This document shows, one piece after another, positions 1 through 10,240 of a DNA stretch of 64,000 nucleotides. Origin of the DNA: an uncultured Spirochaetota bacterium (GTDB taxonomy: Bacteria > Spirochaetota > Spirochaetia > SZUA-6 > Fen-1364); the NCBI GenBank assembly GCA_963820525.1, contig CAWGAA010000001.1, positions 960,001-1,024,000 of the forward strand, in the 5' to 3' direction. Position 1 is the stretch's first letter. Each line of letters opens with the position of its first letter. The notes beneath the pieces are model-generated. The model worked only from the letters and a program-made list of their open reading frames with translations. It was not told where the DNA came from and did not search any database. The position numbers and the translations under genes are program-made.

Positions 1-1
1 T

Positions 2-496
2 GGCCGCGGTTTCTTCATCGAAAGCTACAAGGAAAGCGAGTTCCATGAGGCGGGCATCACCGGCCGTTTCGTGCAGGACAATCACTCCTTCTCGGTTCGG
101 GGCGTGCTCAGGGGGCTGCATTATCAGCTACCCCCCTTCGCGCAGGGCAAGCTCGTGGGGGTATTCGAAGGGCGTGTGTGGGACGTCACAGTCGACATCC
201 GCCCTGATTCTCCCGCCTTTTGCAAGTGGTATGGGATCGAGCTTTCAGCGCAGGATCACCGGATGCTTTACATCCCGCCAGGCTTCGCGCACGGGTTCGT
301 CGCTTTGACCAATCAAGCGCAGCTCTTCTACAAGTGCACTGCTGAATACCGCAAGGAGTGCGAAGCCGGGATTCGGTGGAATGATCCTACCATAGGAATT
401 ACCTGGCCCCTCAACGACGTGATCGTATCCGAGCGCGATCGCACGCTGCCCCTCATTTCGCAAGCCTCCATCTTTCCGCCCGGGTGCTCGACATGA
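2..496 (+). CDS. rfbC: dTDP-4-dehydrorhamnose 3,5-epimerase (5' end lies outside the window)
   Basis: Frame is open from base 2 (GRGFFIESYK...FVQDNHSFS..GVLRGLHYQ...YIPPGFAHGF...IRWNDP), all RmlC motifs; adjacent to rfbD and rfbB. Confidence 0.95.
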   Translation, partial: GRGFFIESYKESEFHEAGITGRFVQDNHSFSVRGVLRGLHYQLPPFAQGKLVGVFEGRVWDVTVDIRPDSPAFCKWYGIELSAQDHRMLYIPPGFAHGFVALTNQAQLFYKCTAEYRKECEAGIRWNDPTIGITWPLNDVIVSERDRTLPLISQASIFPPGCST

Positions 497-1368
497 TATG
501 GGTTGTCGGCGCCCGGGGGATGCTCGGGCACGACGTTGCTCGGCGGTTCGATGCGCGCGGGCTCGCACACGTCGACAGCGACCTCGACTGCGACGTTACC
601 GATCCCGCGTCCGTGAGCCGCTTTCCCGTCGGTCGGCCGATAGAGTGGATCGTCAACTGCTCGGCGTATGCCGCGGTAGACATGGCCGAAGAGGAAGAAG
701 CAAAAGCGGATGCGGTTAACGCGCTTGGCCCCGCGAACCTCGGCCGCGTGGCCGCAGAGCTCAGCGCTCGCATCATCCACATTTCAACCGACTACGTTTT
801 CGACGGCGGGGAAACATCCCCCTATACCGAAGAGCACCCGCCTGCTCCGCTGGGGGCGTACGGCAGGACCAAGGCGCGGGGCGAGAAGCTTCTCGCGGAT
901 GCTGCGCCCGCGCATTTCATCGTCAGGACGGCATGGCTCTACGGCGTTCGCGGCCATAACTTCGTCCTCACCATGCTCCGCCTGATGAACGAACGCGACG
1001 AGGTGTCAATCGTCGACGACCAGCGCGGTTGTCCAACCTACACCCGGGACCTCGCCGCTGCCCTTTGCGCGATTATCGACGCGGACTCTCGCGCCTACGG
1101 CATATACCATTACGCCAATGAAGGCGAGACGACCTGGTACCAATTCGCTCGCGCAATCTATGAGGTGGGACGAACCCACGGGCGCATTACCCACGCCTGC
1201 GAACTTCGCCCCATCACGACCGATCGCTACCCGACGAGGGCGGTCCGTCCGATGTATTCAGTGCTCTCGAAGGCCAAAATCAAGCAGACCTTTGGCATCT
1301 CTGTCCCCATCTGGCAGGACGCTCTTGAGCGCTTCTTCGCCGAACTCGAGGGGGAGGATTCGACGTGA
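493..1368 (+). CDS. rfbD: dTDP-4-dehydrorhamnose reductase
   Basis: GARGMLG, HISTDYVFDG, YGRTK and DQRGCPT motifs; ATG at 493 overlaps the rfbC stop. Confidence 0.95.
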   Translation: MIWVVGARGMLGHDVARRFDARGLAHVDSDLDCDVTDPASVSRFPVGRPIEWIVNCSAYAAVDMAEEEEAKADAVNALGPANLGRVAAELSARIIHISTDYVFDGGETSPYTEEHPPAPLGAYGRTKARGEKLLADAAPAHFIVRTAWLYGVRGHNFVLTMLRLMNERDEVSIVDDQRGCPTYTRDLAAALCAIIDADSRAYGIYHYANEGETTWYQFARAIYEVGRTHGRITHACELRPITTDRYPTRAVRPMYSVLSKAKIKQTFGISVPIWQDALERFFAELEGEDST

Positions 1369-2450
1369 GCCAAAACCGCGTCTTCCACAACCTGCTGGTC
1401 ACCGGGGGAGCCGGCTTCATTGGAACCAACTTCATACGCTACCTCTTCAGGCGGACCGGGTTCAGCGGCCGGATCATCAATCTCGACAAGCTCACCTATG
1501 CGGGCAACCCCGCGAACCTCACCGATATCGCGGCGGAGCTAGGCGAGCGGTACAGGTTCGCTCAGGCGGATATCTGCGACACCGATGCGGTGCGCACGAT
1601 CTTTGAAAGCCATGAAATCGACGCCGTCGTTCACTTCGCTGCCGAAAGCCATGTGGACCGCTCGATACTCGGGCCACGGGAGTTCATGAATACGAACGCC
1701 CTTGGCACCTTCACGCTTCTCGAGGCGGCTCGCGCGGCCTGGAAAGGGCGGCGCGACGTGCTTTTCCATCACGTGAGCACCGATGAAGTTTACGGCTCGC
1801 TCGGTCTGGAAGGGCGCTTCATCGAAACCAGCCCGTACGCCCCGCGCAGCCCTTACGCCGCCTCCAAGGCGGCCTCCGACCATCTCGTGCGCGCGTTCCA
1901 TCACACCTACGGCCTCCCATTCACGCTTTCCAACTGCTCGAACAACTATGGCCCCTATCAATTCCCCGAAAAGCTCATACCGCTCATGATTCTCAATATG
2001 CTTGAAGAAAAGAGCCTCCCGGTCTACGGCGAGGGAAAGAACGTCCGCGACTGGCTCCATGTCGAGGATCACGCCTCCGCCATATGGACCATCATGACGC
2101 GGGCAGACATCGGACAGACGTACAATGTCGGCGGGGAGACCGAGCGGCGGAACATCGACCTCGTTCGTCAGCTCTGCGAGATTGTCGCCGAGGAGACCGG
2201 CAAGGCTGCTTCGACCTTCACGGCCCTCATACGGTTCGTCGCCGATCGCCCGGGCCATGACCTGCGGTATTCAATAGACTGCTCAAAGCTCAAGCGCGAT
2301 CTGGGCTGGTCGCACGCGCTTGGAATCGATGAGGGCCTGAGGCACACCGTTCGATGGTACCTCGCGCACCGCGACTGGGCAGAAAGTGTGCGAACGGGCG
2401 AATACCGCCGGTGGATCGACAAGAACTATACGGGCATGAGACGGACGTAG
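1365..2450 (+). CDS. rfbB: dTDP-glucose 4,6-dehydratase
   Basis: VTGGAGFIG, DKLTYAGN, HFAAESHVDRSI, STDEVYG, YAASK and DRPGHDLRY motifs. Confidence 0.97.
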   Translation: MSQNRVFHNLLVTGGAGFIGTNFIRYLFRRTGFSGRIINLDKLTYAGNPANLTDIAAELGERYRFAQADICDTDAVRTIFESHEIDAVVHFAAESHVDRSILGPREFMNTNALGTFTLLEAARAAWKGRRDVLFHHVSTDEVYGSLGLEGRFIETSPYAPRSPYAASKAASDHLVRAFHHTYGLPFTLSNCSNNYGPYQFPEKLIPLMILNMLEEKSLPVYGEGKNVRDWLHVEDHASAIWTIMTRADIGQTYNVGGETERRNIDLVRQLCEIVAEETGKAASTFTALIRFVADRPGHDLRYSIDCSKLKRDLGWSHALGIDEGLRHTVRWYLAHRDWAESVRTGEYRRWIDKNYTGMRRT

Positions 2451-2499
2451 ACGAGAGCGGCTGCGCAGATACCGGGCATTCGGCAGGCGAAGGCATACA

Positions 2500-3564
2500 A
2501 TGAGAAAACCCAAGATCAGCGTTCTCATGCCGGTCTACAACTGCGAAAAGTACCTTCGGCAGGCGATGGAGAGTGTCCTAAGACAGTCGTATCGCGACTT
2601 CGAGCTTATCGTTGTGAGCGATGGCTCACGGGATTCAAGCCTGAGCATCGCTCGGTCGTTCACGGACGCCCGCATACGGATAGTCGAGAACCCCAGGAAC
2701 ATGGGGATATCGGCCTCCAGAAATCGCGCTCTTGCCGAGTCCAGGGGGCGCTACATCGCCTGGCTGGACAGCGACGACATCGCCCTGGAAAACCGGCTTG
2801 AAAGACAGGCGGAGGCGCTGGATTCCAATCCCGATGCGGGGCTGTGTCATTCGAATTTCGCGGAAATAGACGAGACGGGCAAGGTCGTCAAGAATCCATG
2901 GAACACGGGCCCGACTCTGCCCACGGAATGGTTGATGCTGTGGACGAATCCGATAGCGCAGTCAACCGTGATGCTGAGGAAATCCCTCCTCGAAGGCGGG
3001 GCGTCTCCCTACAACGGGGAGTGCGATCCGGCCGAGGACTACGATCTCTGGACGCGCCTTTGCATGCGTACGAACATATCCTATATGCATGACGTGCTCG
3101 TTTGCTATCGCAGCGTTCAGACAAGCGCGTTCCACAAAAACTCAAAAAGAGCGCTCCTGAAGTCAATACAATCAAATGAAAGATATGTACAACTCCTGAT
3201 GGGCGAAGCCGTGCCATCCTTTCATAAATACCTCACCTCTTTCGGAGGGGCTCTCGAGTCGGCCATGGAAAGCGTCAGTGCGGGAGCGCTCAAAGAGTGG
3301 TATGTTTCCGCCGGTGCCGCCCTGGCGAAGAGAAAGAACTGGAGCGGGGATACGGCTGCGCAGATAGCGCGGGATATCCAGAGAAGAATGGTGGGGCTGT
3401 TGAGTGAAGAGCCCCGGATCTACTACGCTTCGGGGACGAGAGCAAGCGTTTTCAAAGAAAGCCCTCTCCTGTTCATGAAGCTGCAAATGGGATGGTGGCA
3501 AAAGGGGCTGCGCCATGCGGCGAAGGCCGTACTCAAACCTCGTTCGCGGCGGAACAAAGACTGA
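2500..3564 (+). CDS. GT2 family glycosyltransferase
   Basis: ISVLMPVYN..DGSRD..YIAWLDSDD..AEDYDLW. Confidence 0.92.
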   Translation: MRKPKISVLMPVYNCEKYLRQAMESVLRQSYRDFELIVVSDGSRDSSLSIARSFTDARIRIVENPRNMGISASRNRALAESRGRYIAWLDSDDIALENRLERQAEALDSNPDAGLCHSNFAEIDETGKVVKNPWNTGPTLPTEWLMLWTNPIAQSTVMLRKSLLEGGASPYNGECDPAEDYDLWTRLCMRTNISYMHDVLVCYRSVQTSAFHKNSKRALLKSIQSNERYVQLLMGEAVPSFHKYLTSFGGALESAMESVSAGALKEWYVSAGAALAKRKNWSGDTAAQIARDIQRRMVGLLSEEPRIYYASGTRASVFKESPLLFMKLQMGWWQKGLRHAAKAVLKPRSRRNKD

Positions 3565-3587
3565 ATACGTCTTGTGCATCCTTTCAT

Positions 3588-4790
3588 ATGGTGATTCTTC
3601 GAAAAGCCAAATGGGTGCTCTATTGGGCCAAAATCTTGAGCTTCTATCTGCTTGGCCGCCTTGTCCGGATGGTCCCCAGGGAGAACAAGAGCATCGTCCT
3701 CATGGGGGATGTAAACTATACCGGGGGAACCTTTGTCTATTTCGTGAACCTCATCGATCTCCTTGGCTCGGAAGGATTCAGCGTCTCGATTCTGATTCCA
3801 CGAAGATGCTATGCAAAACCCATAGCGAGCATCGCCCGACAAAAGAGCGCGAAACTGTTTGTGATCCCGGACCGGTACCCCTTTTACGAATATCTTGCCG
3901 CTCTTTGGCGGGTCTGCGTGCTTCGAGCGGCGCGTGTCATCGTATCCGCCAGCGGACCTGGCACACACACGATGGCAATCCTTTGGAGCATCCCCACCAT
4001 CCACATACTGCATTCCGTTACCGGGCTGAGCCTCGGAGCAAGGTCTCGACGGCTGATTGAATGGTTTTTCCGGGAACCGCATCGGATGGTGGGGGTCTCA
4101 AGGATGACGCGAGACTCAATCATACGGTATTTCACTATTCCGCGCGAACGGCAGCACCTGGTCTCCCTTATCTACAACGGAGTGCCCGACTTCCGGCGGG
4201 ATTCTGAAAGAGAAGCCGCAGATCAGGATACAATTGTGACCGTTGGGCACGTCGTCGACTACAAGAATCCTTCAACGTGGCTGCGCACTGCTCGGTATGT
4301 CATCAGTCGGGCCAAGAAAAAGACGACGTTCATTTGGGCAGGCGATGGTCCGGAATTGGCTCACTATCGCAGCGAGGCTGAAGGGTGCGAACAGATCTCC
4401 TTCATCGGCCATTCGAATGATGTGGCGTCTCTCCTGAGGGGAGCGCGGGTGTACTACCAACCATCCCACATGGAAAGCTTCGGGCTCGTTGTGGCGCAGG
4501 CGATGAGCATTGGGATGCCGTGCGTGGTGAGCGATCGCGGAGGGCTGCCGGAACTGGTCATGGACGGAAAAAATGGATTTGTCTTCAAGAGCGACGATTT
4601 CATTGCCCATGGCAATGCCATCATCCGCCTCCTGGAGAACGAGAAGCTCAGAGCGGCCATGTCCCGCCAATCGAGAAGGCTCTATCTGGAGAAATTCACC
4701 CTCACGAGGTGGAGACGCGAGATATTGAGCGTGATCGCAGGAAACGCGCGGCGGTCTCCCCCATTGCGAGCGAAAGGGGCAACGAGTTGA
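3588..4790 (+). CDS. GT4 family glycosyltransferase
   Basis: IYNGV, ESFGLVVAQAMSIGMPCVVSDRGGLPELV (ExxxxxxxE-type motif with Q in second position); ATG 3588 chosen as start. Confidence 0.88.
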   Translation: MVILRKAKWVLYWAKILSFYLLGRLVRMVPRENKSIVLMGDVNYTGGTFVYFVNLIDLLGSEGFSVSILIPRRCYAKPIASIARQKSAKLFVIPDRYPFYEYLAALWRVCVLRAARVIVSASGPGTHTMAILWSIPTIHILHSVTGLSLGARSRRLIEWFFREPHRMVGVSRMTRDSIIRYFTIPRERQHLVSLIYNGVPDFRRDSEREAADQDTIVTVGHVVDYKNPSTWLRTARYVISRAKKKTTFIWAGDGPELAHYRSEAEGCEQISFIGHSNDVASLLRGARVYYQPSHMESFGLVVAQAMSIGMPCVVSDRGGLPELVMDGKNGFVFKSDDFIAHGNAIIRLLENEKLRAAMSRQSRRLYLEKFTLTRWRREILSVIAGNARRSPPLRAKGATS

Positions 4791-5689
4791 GCGCCACCGG
4801 TTTTCTCATCAGGAGCCTTCCTTTTGCGGTCGAAAACGATATTGCATGGAGACTCAACCTCCGGCTCCACAGACGGCCGTCGAGCGCGCCGTTCCTGAGC
4901 GGTGACACGTTTCGCTGCAAGGCCGATCTGGTCATCGAGGAGGACGAGGAGTTCTCATATCGAAGCGCGGATGGACAGCAGCTTGTGTTCTGCGCCTCGG
5001 AGCTCGCCGCCGATTTTCTCACCTCCAAGAGGCTTTCTCGGGACTTCGTTCTCATCGTTCACCACGGAGACAAAAACATAGGCGATGACTTTCTCGCAAA
5101 GCTCGATACGAGCAGCTGCAGCCATTGTTTCGCCCAGAATTGCCTCGTGAAAGACCCGCGGATCACTCCCCTACCGATAGGTCTGGAAGATCAGTGGCAT
5201 CACCAGCATGGGCACGTAAAAGACTTCACGAGACTCAGGAAAAAAACGGCGGATAAAATCCCTCGAATTGCATGGGGCTTCAGCCTGCACACGAACCCGG
5301 ACGGGCGCTGGCCCTGTTACCGAGCTCTGTGGAAGAATCCCGTTGCGGTGAGCTTGCCCGAGGGCCTCAACAGCAGGCTCTACCACAAGTCCATATACCC
5401 ATACATGTTCATGGCGTCTCCCCCGGGAAATGGCGAAGACTGCTATCGCACATGGGAAGCCCTGTACCTTCGAATCGTTCCCATCGTGAAGCGATCCGTG
5501 ATGACTGAGTTCTTCGCATCTCTCGGATTGCCAATGGTTCTTGTCGACGATTGGAGAGAGATCACGTCCTGGGATGAAAGCTATTTGGTGGAAATATACC
5601 AGAGACTTGCCCCCGGCTTCGACTCGGCGGCGCTCTGGCTTCCGTATTGGGAAACGCTGTTCCGCAGACATCTGGAAAGCGCATGGTAA
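4787..5689 (+). CDS. Putative exostosin/GT47-like glycosyltransferase, paralog A
   Basis: TTG start overlapping the previous stop; PIGLE and ASPPGNGEDCYRTWEALYL..VPIV motifs. Confidence 0.6.
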   Translation: MSATGFLIRSLPFAVENDIAWRLNLRLHRRPSSAPFLSGDTFRCKADLVIEEDEEFSYRSADGQQLVFCASELAADFLTSKRLSRDFVLIVHHGDKNIGDDFLAKLDTSSCSHCFAQNCLVKDPRITPLPIGLEDQWHHQHGHVKDFTRLRKKTADKIPRIAWGFSLHTNPDGRWPCYRALWKNPVAVSLPEGLNSRLYHKSIYPYMFMASPPGNGEDCYRTWEALYLRIVPIVKRSVMTEFFASLGLPMVLVDDWREITSWDESYLVEIYQRLAPGFDSAALWLPYWETLFRRHLESAW

Positions 5690-6507
5690 GAGCATCCCGG
5701 TATCACCTAAAAAAGAAAGCCATACTCGATCATCTCGGGGATGGATGGCGCCGCCGCAGCATGGACATCGATGTGCTCATTCCGACCACGGGGAAGGACT
5801 CGACGTGCTTGAGAAATACAATAGAGGCGGCGCGGAAATATTTGAGGCATCGGATTCAGGGAATCTATCTCGTCTACGATGAGCGTCCAAAACTGGCGGC
5901 TTTGCCGAGTCCGAATGATCTCATCCTGCTGAACGAGCGTGAGATAGCGCCGATAGACAGATCCCGCGTCATCTACAAGCCCCGGGGGGTTGATCGTTCC
6001 GGATGGCTCTATCAGCAGCTCATCAAGCTCTCGTGCGACGAGATTTGCAGAACAGAGCATATACTGGCGCTGGACGCGGATACAGTCTTGACGCGCCCGC
6101 AGCGCTTGATCGTGGAAGGGAAAGTTGTTTTTAGCGTCTCGGATGAAAGATATCAGCCGTACTACGCCATGATCGAAAGGCTTCTGCCAGGGACTCCCAT
6201 ATTTCCCTTTTCATTCGTCTCCCACCACATGATGTTCAAGAAGGAGCATCTCCGCGAGCTGAAAGAGACAATTCAGCTCTGCGGAAAGAAATGGTTCGAG
6301 GCAATCCTGGAAAAGATCGACCCGGACGAAGTGTCGGGCTTTTCCGAATACGAGCTCTACGGGAATTATGTGATGTCACGTCATCCGGACGGTGTCAGCG
6401 TTGAACATTCGCTCAATCAGGGCTTTTCCGCCAGGCGAATCGCCCGGCTCTGGTACATCAAGCTTCGCCACCCTCTCATCAAGTCGGCGTCTTTCCATAA
6501 GAGGTGA
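5683..6507 (+). CDS. DUF6492-like putative GT-A glycosyltransferase
   Basis: RSGWLYQQLIKL, LDADT (DxD), SFVSHHMMF, FSEYELYG; alternative start at 5761. Confidence 0.7.
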   Translation: MVRASRYHLKKKAILDHLGDGWRRRSMDIDVLIPTTGKDSTCLRNTIEAARKYLRHRIQGIYLVYDERPKLAALPSPNDLILLNEREIAPIDRSRVIYKPRGVDRSGWLYQQLIKLSCDEICRTEHILALDADTVLTRPQRLIVEGKVVFSVSDERYQPYYAMIERLLPGTPIFPFSFVSHHMMFKKEHLRELKETIQLCGKKWFEAILEKIDPDEVSGFSEYELYGNYVMSRHPDGVSVEHSLNQGFSARRIARLWYIKLRHPLIKSASFHKR

Positions 6508-7406
6508 TGAGACAGGTGCGTCTCAAGAACATTCCCTTCCGGGTCGAGTCGTCATGCGTTCGGGCTTGGTATAGGGCGACAGGACTGCGGCCCGGAAGCG
6601 CTCCCTTTGTCAGCGGAGATTCCTTTCGCGCTATCTCGGACCATGTCGTAGAAAAGCGGCACGGGCTCGATCCAACCCGCGTTCGAAAAGGGGATGTGGT
6701 TTTTGTCGAAGCGTGGCAGCTCTCTTCATTTGCGGAGTCCTGCCTTCCCAGAATCCGTGAACCGTTCGTGCTCATTACCCATAATGGAGACCTCAACATC
6801 GACAAATCCTTTCTTCCCGTGGCAGAGGATAGAAGAATTATGCGCTGGTTCGCGCAGAACGCGCTCCTCAGACATCCAAAAGTGATTGCCGTACCGATCG
6901 GGCTAGAGAACCGGTTCCACCATTGCAACGGAGTTGTCAACGATTACGAAAAGGTCGCCCGAGGGCGCTCTCAAAAATCCATGCGGATACTCTATGGATT
7001 CACCGTCGGTACGAACGAAAAAGAGAGGAAGCCTGCTTTCGAAGCACTTCGAGCTTCCTCCCTGACGGACCATGGGGAACGAACCAACAGCCGGGAGTAT
7101 CGATTCCGCCTCGAGCGCTACGCGTTCGTTGCCTCGCCGCCAGGCAACGGTGAAGACTGCCATCGCACCTGGGAAGGGCTCTATTTGCGCGTCGTTCCCA
7201 TCGTCAAGCGCTCCGTTCTGTATGAATCCTTCCCCGGGCTCCCCGTTCTTGAGATTGGTGACTGGGCTGAGATCAAGGCCTGGGATGCATCTTTTCTCTC
7301 CACAATCTATGGAGAATTGTCGCATCGGATAGAGTCGACCCCGTATCTCCGGTTTGACTATTGGGCGGACCTGATACATCGCGCCCGTTCGGGCGATCCG
7401 TCGTGA
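6504..7406 (+). CDS. Putative exostosin/GT47-like glycosyltransferase, paralog B
   Basis: Shares SAPFxSGDxFR, LITHNGD, PIGLE and ASPPGNGEDCHRTWEGLYL with 4787-5689. Confidence 0.6.
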   Translation: MMRQVRLKNIPFRVESSCVRAWYRATGLRPGSAPFVSGDSFRAISDHVVEKRHGLDPTRVRKGDVVFVEAWQLSSFAESCLPRIREPFVLITHNGDLNIDKSFLPVAEDRRIMRWFAQNALLRHPKVIAVPIGLENRFHHCNGVVNDYEKVARGRSQKSMRILYGFTVGTNEKERKPAFEALRASSLTDHGERTNSREYRFRLERYAFVASPPGNGEDCHRTWEGLYLRVVPIVKRSVLYESFPGLPVLEIGDWAEIKAWDASFLSTIYGELSHRIESTPYLRFDYWADLIHRARSGDPS

Positions 7407-8281
7407 ACCCCACAAAGCTTGTCAAGGCGATTCTCCCGCCTCGTGTGAGAGAACTCCTTCGTCGTGCCGTGGAGAGAGGCAGCGCCAGGAGTGATCGGGT
7501 GCTTGAATTCTTTGGCCGGCGCAGCCTGATGGCATTGCGTTCTCTCCACCGAAGCCGGCGGGGGCCCGGGATGGATATCGCGATGCTTTGCATCAGAAAG
7601 CCCGTGTATGTCGGGCTCGCGATTCAAAGCATCAACTCCCTTCACTACCACAGCCATAAACACCGCGTGCTCCTGCATCTCGACGGGGTTTGTTTCCGAG
7701 CCTTCGAGAAGCGGAAGCACAAGCTTGATTATCCCGGCAAGGTGGAGCCGATACTGATCGATGACGATTCATCGGCACCTTGGCAGTTCACGAAGCTCGA
7801 CGTTGTTCTTGCGGTGTCATCAAAAGGCATCCCTTTCGTGGATGCCGACTCCCGATGGCATGCGGACCCCGCGCCTCTCATCGCGGCGGATCGAGCCATG
7901 TTTCTTGTCGAAGTGAACAGAATCCGGGCGGTCGACTCTGAGCATCTGCTGGTAAAGAACGCGCTTTGTCGCCCGGAGTGGATCGACTTCGTACATTTCA
8001 ATACCGGCTTTATTTCGATACCGGCGCCCCTGTTTTCAGAGAGCTTCGCCGCAGAATGCAGATCCCTTGCGAGAAAGATCTATGAAGCCTCCCTCGACGC
8101 GCGGTTCAGTTCGGAGCAGAGCAGGCTCCTGAAACATACCAGCGAAGAGCTTGCCCTCAGCCTTGCCGCGCAGGCGGTAATCGGGAGCAAGAACATCTGT
8201 ACCTTGAAAGAAGAAGACGGACCGGGGAACCGAACGCGCCTCGAATCATATTACTATGGCGCTCTTAACAGGATCAATTGA
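7403..8281 (+). CDS. Hypothetical protein, possibly a GT-A fold transferase
   Basis: GTG start overlapping the previous stop; FVDADS (DxD) and FNTGF motifs; operon context. Confidence 0.55.
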   Translation: MNPTKLVKAILPPRVRELLRRAVERGSARSDRVLEFFGRRSLMALRSLHRSRRGPGMDIAMLCIRKPVYVGLAIQSINSLHYHSHKHRVLLHLDGVCFRAFEKRKHKLDYPGKVEPILIDDDSSAPWQFTKLDVVLAVSSKGIPFVDADSRWHADPAPLIAADRAMFLVEVNRIRAVDSEHLLVKNALCRPEWIDFVHFNTGFISIPAPLFSESFAAECRSLARKIYEASLDARFSSEQSRLLKHTSEELALSLAAQAVIGSKNICTLKEEDGPGNRTRLESYYYGALNRIN

Positions 8282-9145
8282 GTGACTATCCAGGACCTGC
8301 GAGCGCGGAGGTTTTTTCAACTTTCCAATTTTTCAGACGGCTTTTTCGAGAGAGCACGAGACTTCGAGCGTTGGCGCGTCCTTGCCGACCGCTTCGACGG
8401 CTTTGAGGGAATGAAAACCGAGCTGGAAACCGCCCTGATTCCAAGGCGTATCCACCAGATATGGCTCGGCGGACGGCTGCCTTCCCGCTACAAAGCCTGG
8501 GCAGAGAGCTGGCGGCGCGTCAACAAGGATTGGGAGTACCGGCTGTGGGACGAAGAATCGATCCTCGATTTCGGCCTTGAGAATGAACGCGCATTTCGAA
8601 AGTCCGCGAGCTTTGGGGCCAAATCCGACATTGCCCGCTATGAGATTCTGGAGCGTCTTGGAGGAGTGTACGCCGATACGGATTTCGAATGCCTCGGTGC
8701 GTTCGACACAATCGCGCAGCGCTGCGCTTTTTTCGCCGGTACTATCTTCAACGACACACCGGAAATCAACAATGGCCTCATGGGAAGCATTCCGGGCCAC
8801 CCGCTGCTCCGCCGACTGATCGAAGCTCTCTCGGAGCCGATCATGACAAAGGACACCGGGGTGATACTCGAGAAAAGCGGGCCGCAGTTCTTGACGAAGC
8901 ATTTTTATGCAAGCCTCGAATCCCTCGGGGCGAAGGATGTCGTTTTCCCAAGCTCGTATTTTTATCCTCTGCCGAATTATGTGAAGAAGGGGACGGTGCC
9001 TCCCGAGGCGATGAAGGAGTATGCACGAGAGTGGTCACTGGCGATTCATTACTGGGAAACGAGCTGGGCCCGACCGCACCCAATCCGGGTATTCTTGAGC
9101 CGGGCAAAGCGTGTTCTGCTTCGACGCCGCGTCCTGAGAGCATAA
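8282..9145 (+). CDS. GT32 (OCH1/DxD sugar-binding) glycosyltransferase
   Basis: IPRRIHQIWLG, SDIARYEIL..GGVYADTD, SGP and AIHYW motifs. Confidence 0.9.
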   Translation: MTIQDLRARRFFQLSNFSDGFFERARDFERWRVLADRFDGFEGMKTELETALIPRRIHQIWLGGRLPSRYKAWAESWRRVNKDWEYRLWDEESILDFGLENERAFRKSASFGAKSDIARYEILERLGGVYADTDFECLGAFDTIAQRCAFFAGTIFNDTPEINNGLMGSIPGHPLLRRLIEALSEPIMTKDTGVILEKSGPQFLTKHFYASLESLGAKDVVFPSSYFYPLPNYVKKGTVPPEAMKEYAREWSLAIHYWETSWARPHPIRVFLSRAKRVLLRRRVLRA

Positions 9146-9148
9146 AAA

Positions 9149-10231
9149 GTGAACAGCCCCCGCCGTCCCATTTTCTATTTTTATCTCCGTCCGCAGGGGA
9201 GTCCGACGGAAGCGGGTTATCAACACTGCACCATCGCGATTGCGGAAGGTCTTCGTACCCTCGGGATACCTTTCTATTCAAATATCAACTATTGGAACGA
9301 GGGAGGGGAGTACCTGTTTCAAGCCGGGCGCGATGTCAGGCCGGAAGACTGCGATGTGCTCCTGACGAGCGACGACCATGAGACCGTGGGCAGAATCAAG
9401 GAGGAGTTGTTCGGCGGAGGCCGAAAAACCGTCTATATCGATTCCTCGGATGGATGGCGTACGCGAACGGAGGCAGAATATTATCGGCGATTCGACGTCG
9501 TTTTGCGCACGCATTGCAGCACGCGGTACAGGTATCCGGATAACGTGCATCCTTGGGCATTCGGCTTGACACGGAGAATACTCTCGGCATGCTCGCATCC
9601 TCAACCCTTCCTTGAAAGAAAACCACGCGCGCTCGTGAACTTTCGCGCATCGCATCCGGTGCGCCGCGCGGCGGCCGATCTTGTAATTCCTGCCCTTGAA
9701 ACCCGTTTCCCTCCAGATCTGACCATCGATGAGCCGCCGGCACGGGAATCGGGCCAGGAGCGAATCTACTGGGAAGCCACCGGGCGCCGGCACTATCCGA
9801 CATTTTTCAACCGGCTCCAGAGGACCATGGCTTGCGCCGCCTTTGGAGGCTATTTCGCTCCAGGAGTTTTCCGCAGCACGGAGAGCCTTCCCGAGCGCGC
9901 TCTCTACGCTCTGGCATGGAGGCTTGGAAAAAGAACGCGCACCATTCTTCAATTCGACAGCTGGCGTTTCTGGGAATCCATGGCGGCGGGATGCTTAACC
10001 CTCCAGGCCAACTACGAGCGCTACGGGTGCAGCCTGCCCGTCGAGCCGGAAAGCGAAACGCAGTATATCGGCATCGACTTCGGCGAGCGCGATTGCGCGC
10101 GGTTTATCCGGGAGTCCGACCTGAACTCGCTATCGATAATGGCGCAGGAAGGGAGGCGGTGGGCGATCGAGCATTACTCACCGCAGGCGGCCGCCGGGAG
10201 ATTGCTGCGCCTGCTGGGAAACCTCAATTAG
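9149..10231 (+). CDS. Putative GT-B glycosyltransferase (CgeB-like C-terminus)
   Basis: DSWRFWESMAAGCL and AQEGRRWAIEHYS; operon context. Confidence 0.6.
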   Translation: MNSPRRPIFYFYLRPQGSPTEAGYQHCTIAIAEGLRTLGIPFYSNINYWNEGGEYLFQAGRDVRPEDCDVLLTSDDHETVGRIKEELFGGGRKTVYIDSSDGWRTRTEAEYYRRFDVVLRTHCSTRYRYPDNVHPWAFGLTRRILSACSHPQPFLERKPRALVNFRASHPVRRAAADLVIPALETRFPPDLTIDEPPARESGQERIYWEATGRRHYPTFFNRLQRTMACAAFGGYFAPGVFRSTESLPERALYALAWRLGKRTRTILQFDSWRFWESMAAGCLTLQANYERYGCSLPVEPESETQYIGIDFGERDCARFIRESDLNSLSIMAQEGRRWAIEHYSPQAAAGRLLRLLGNLN

Positions 10232-10240
10232 GAAGCATCG

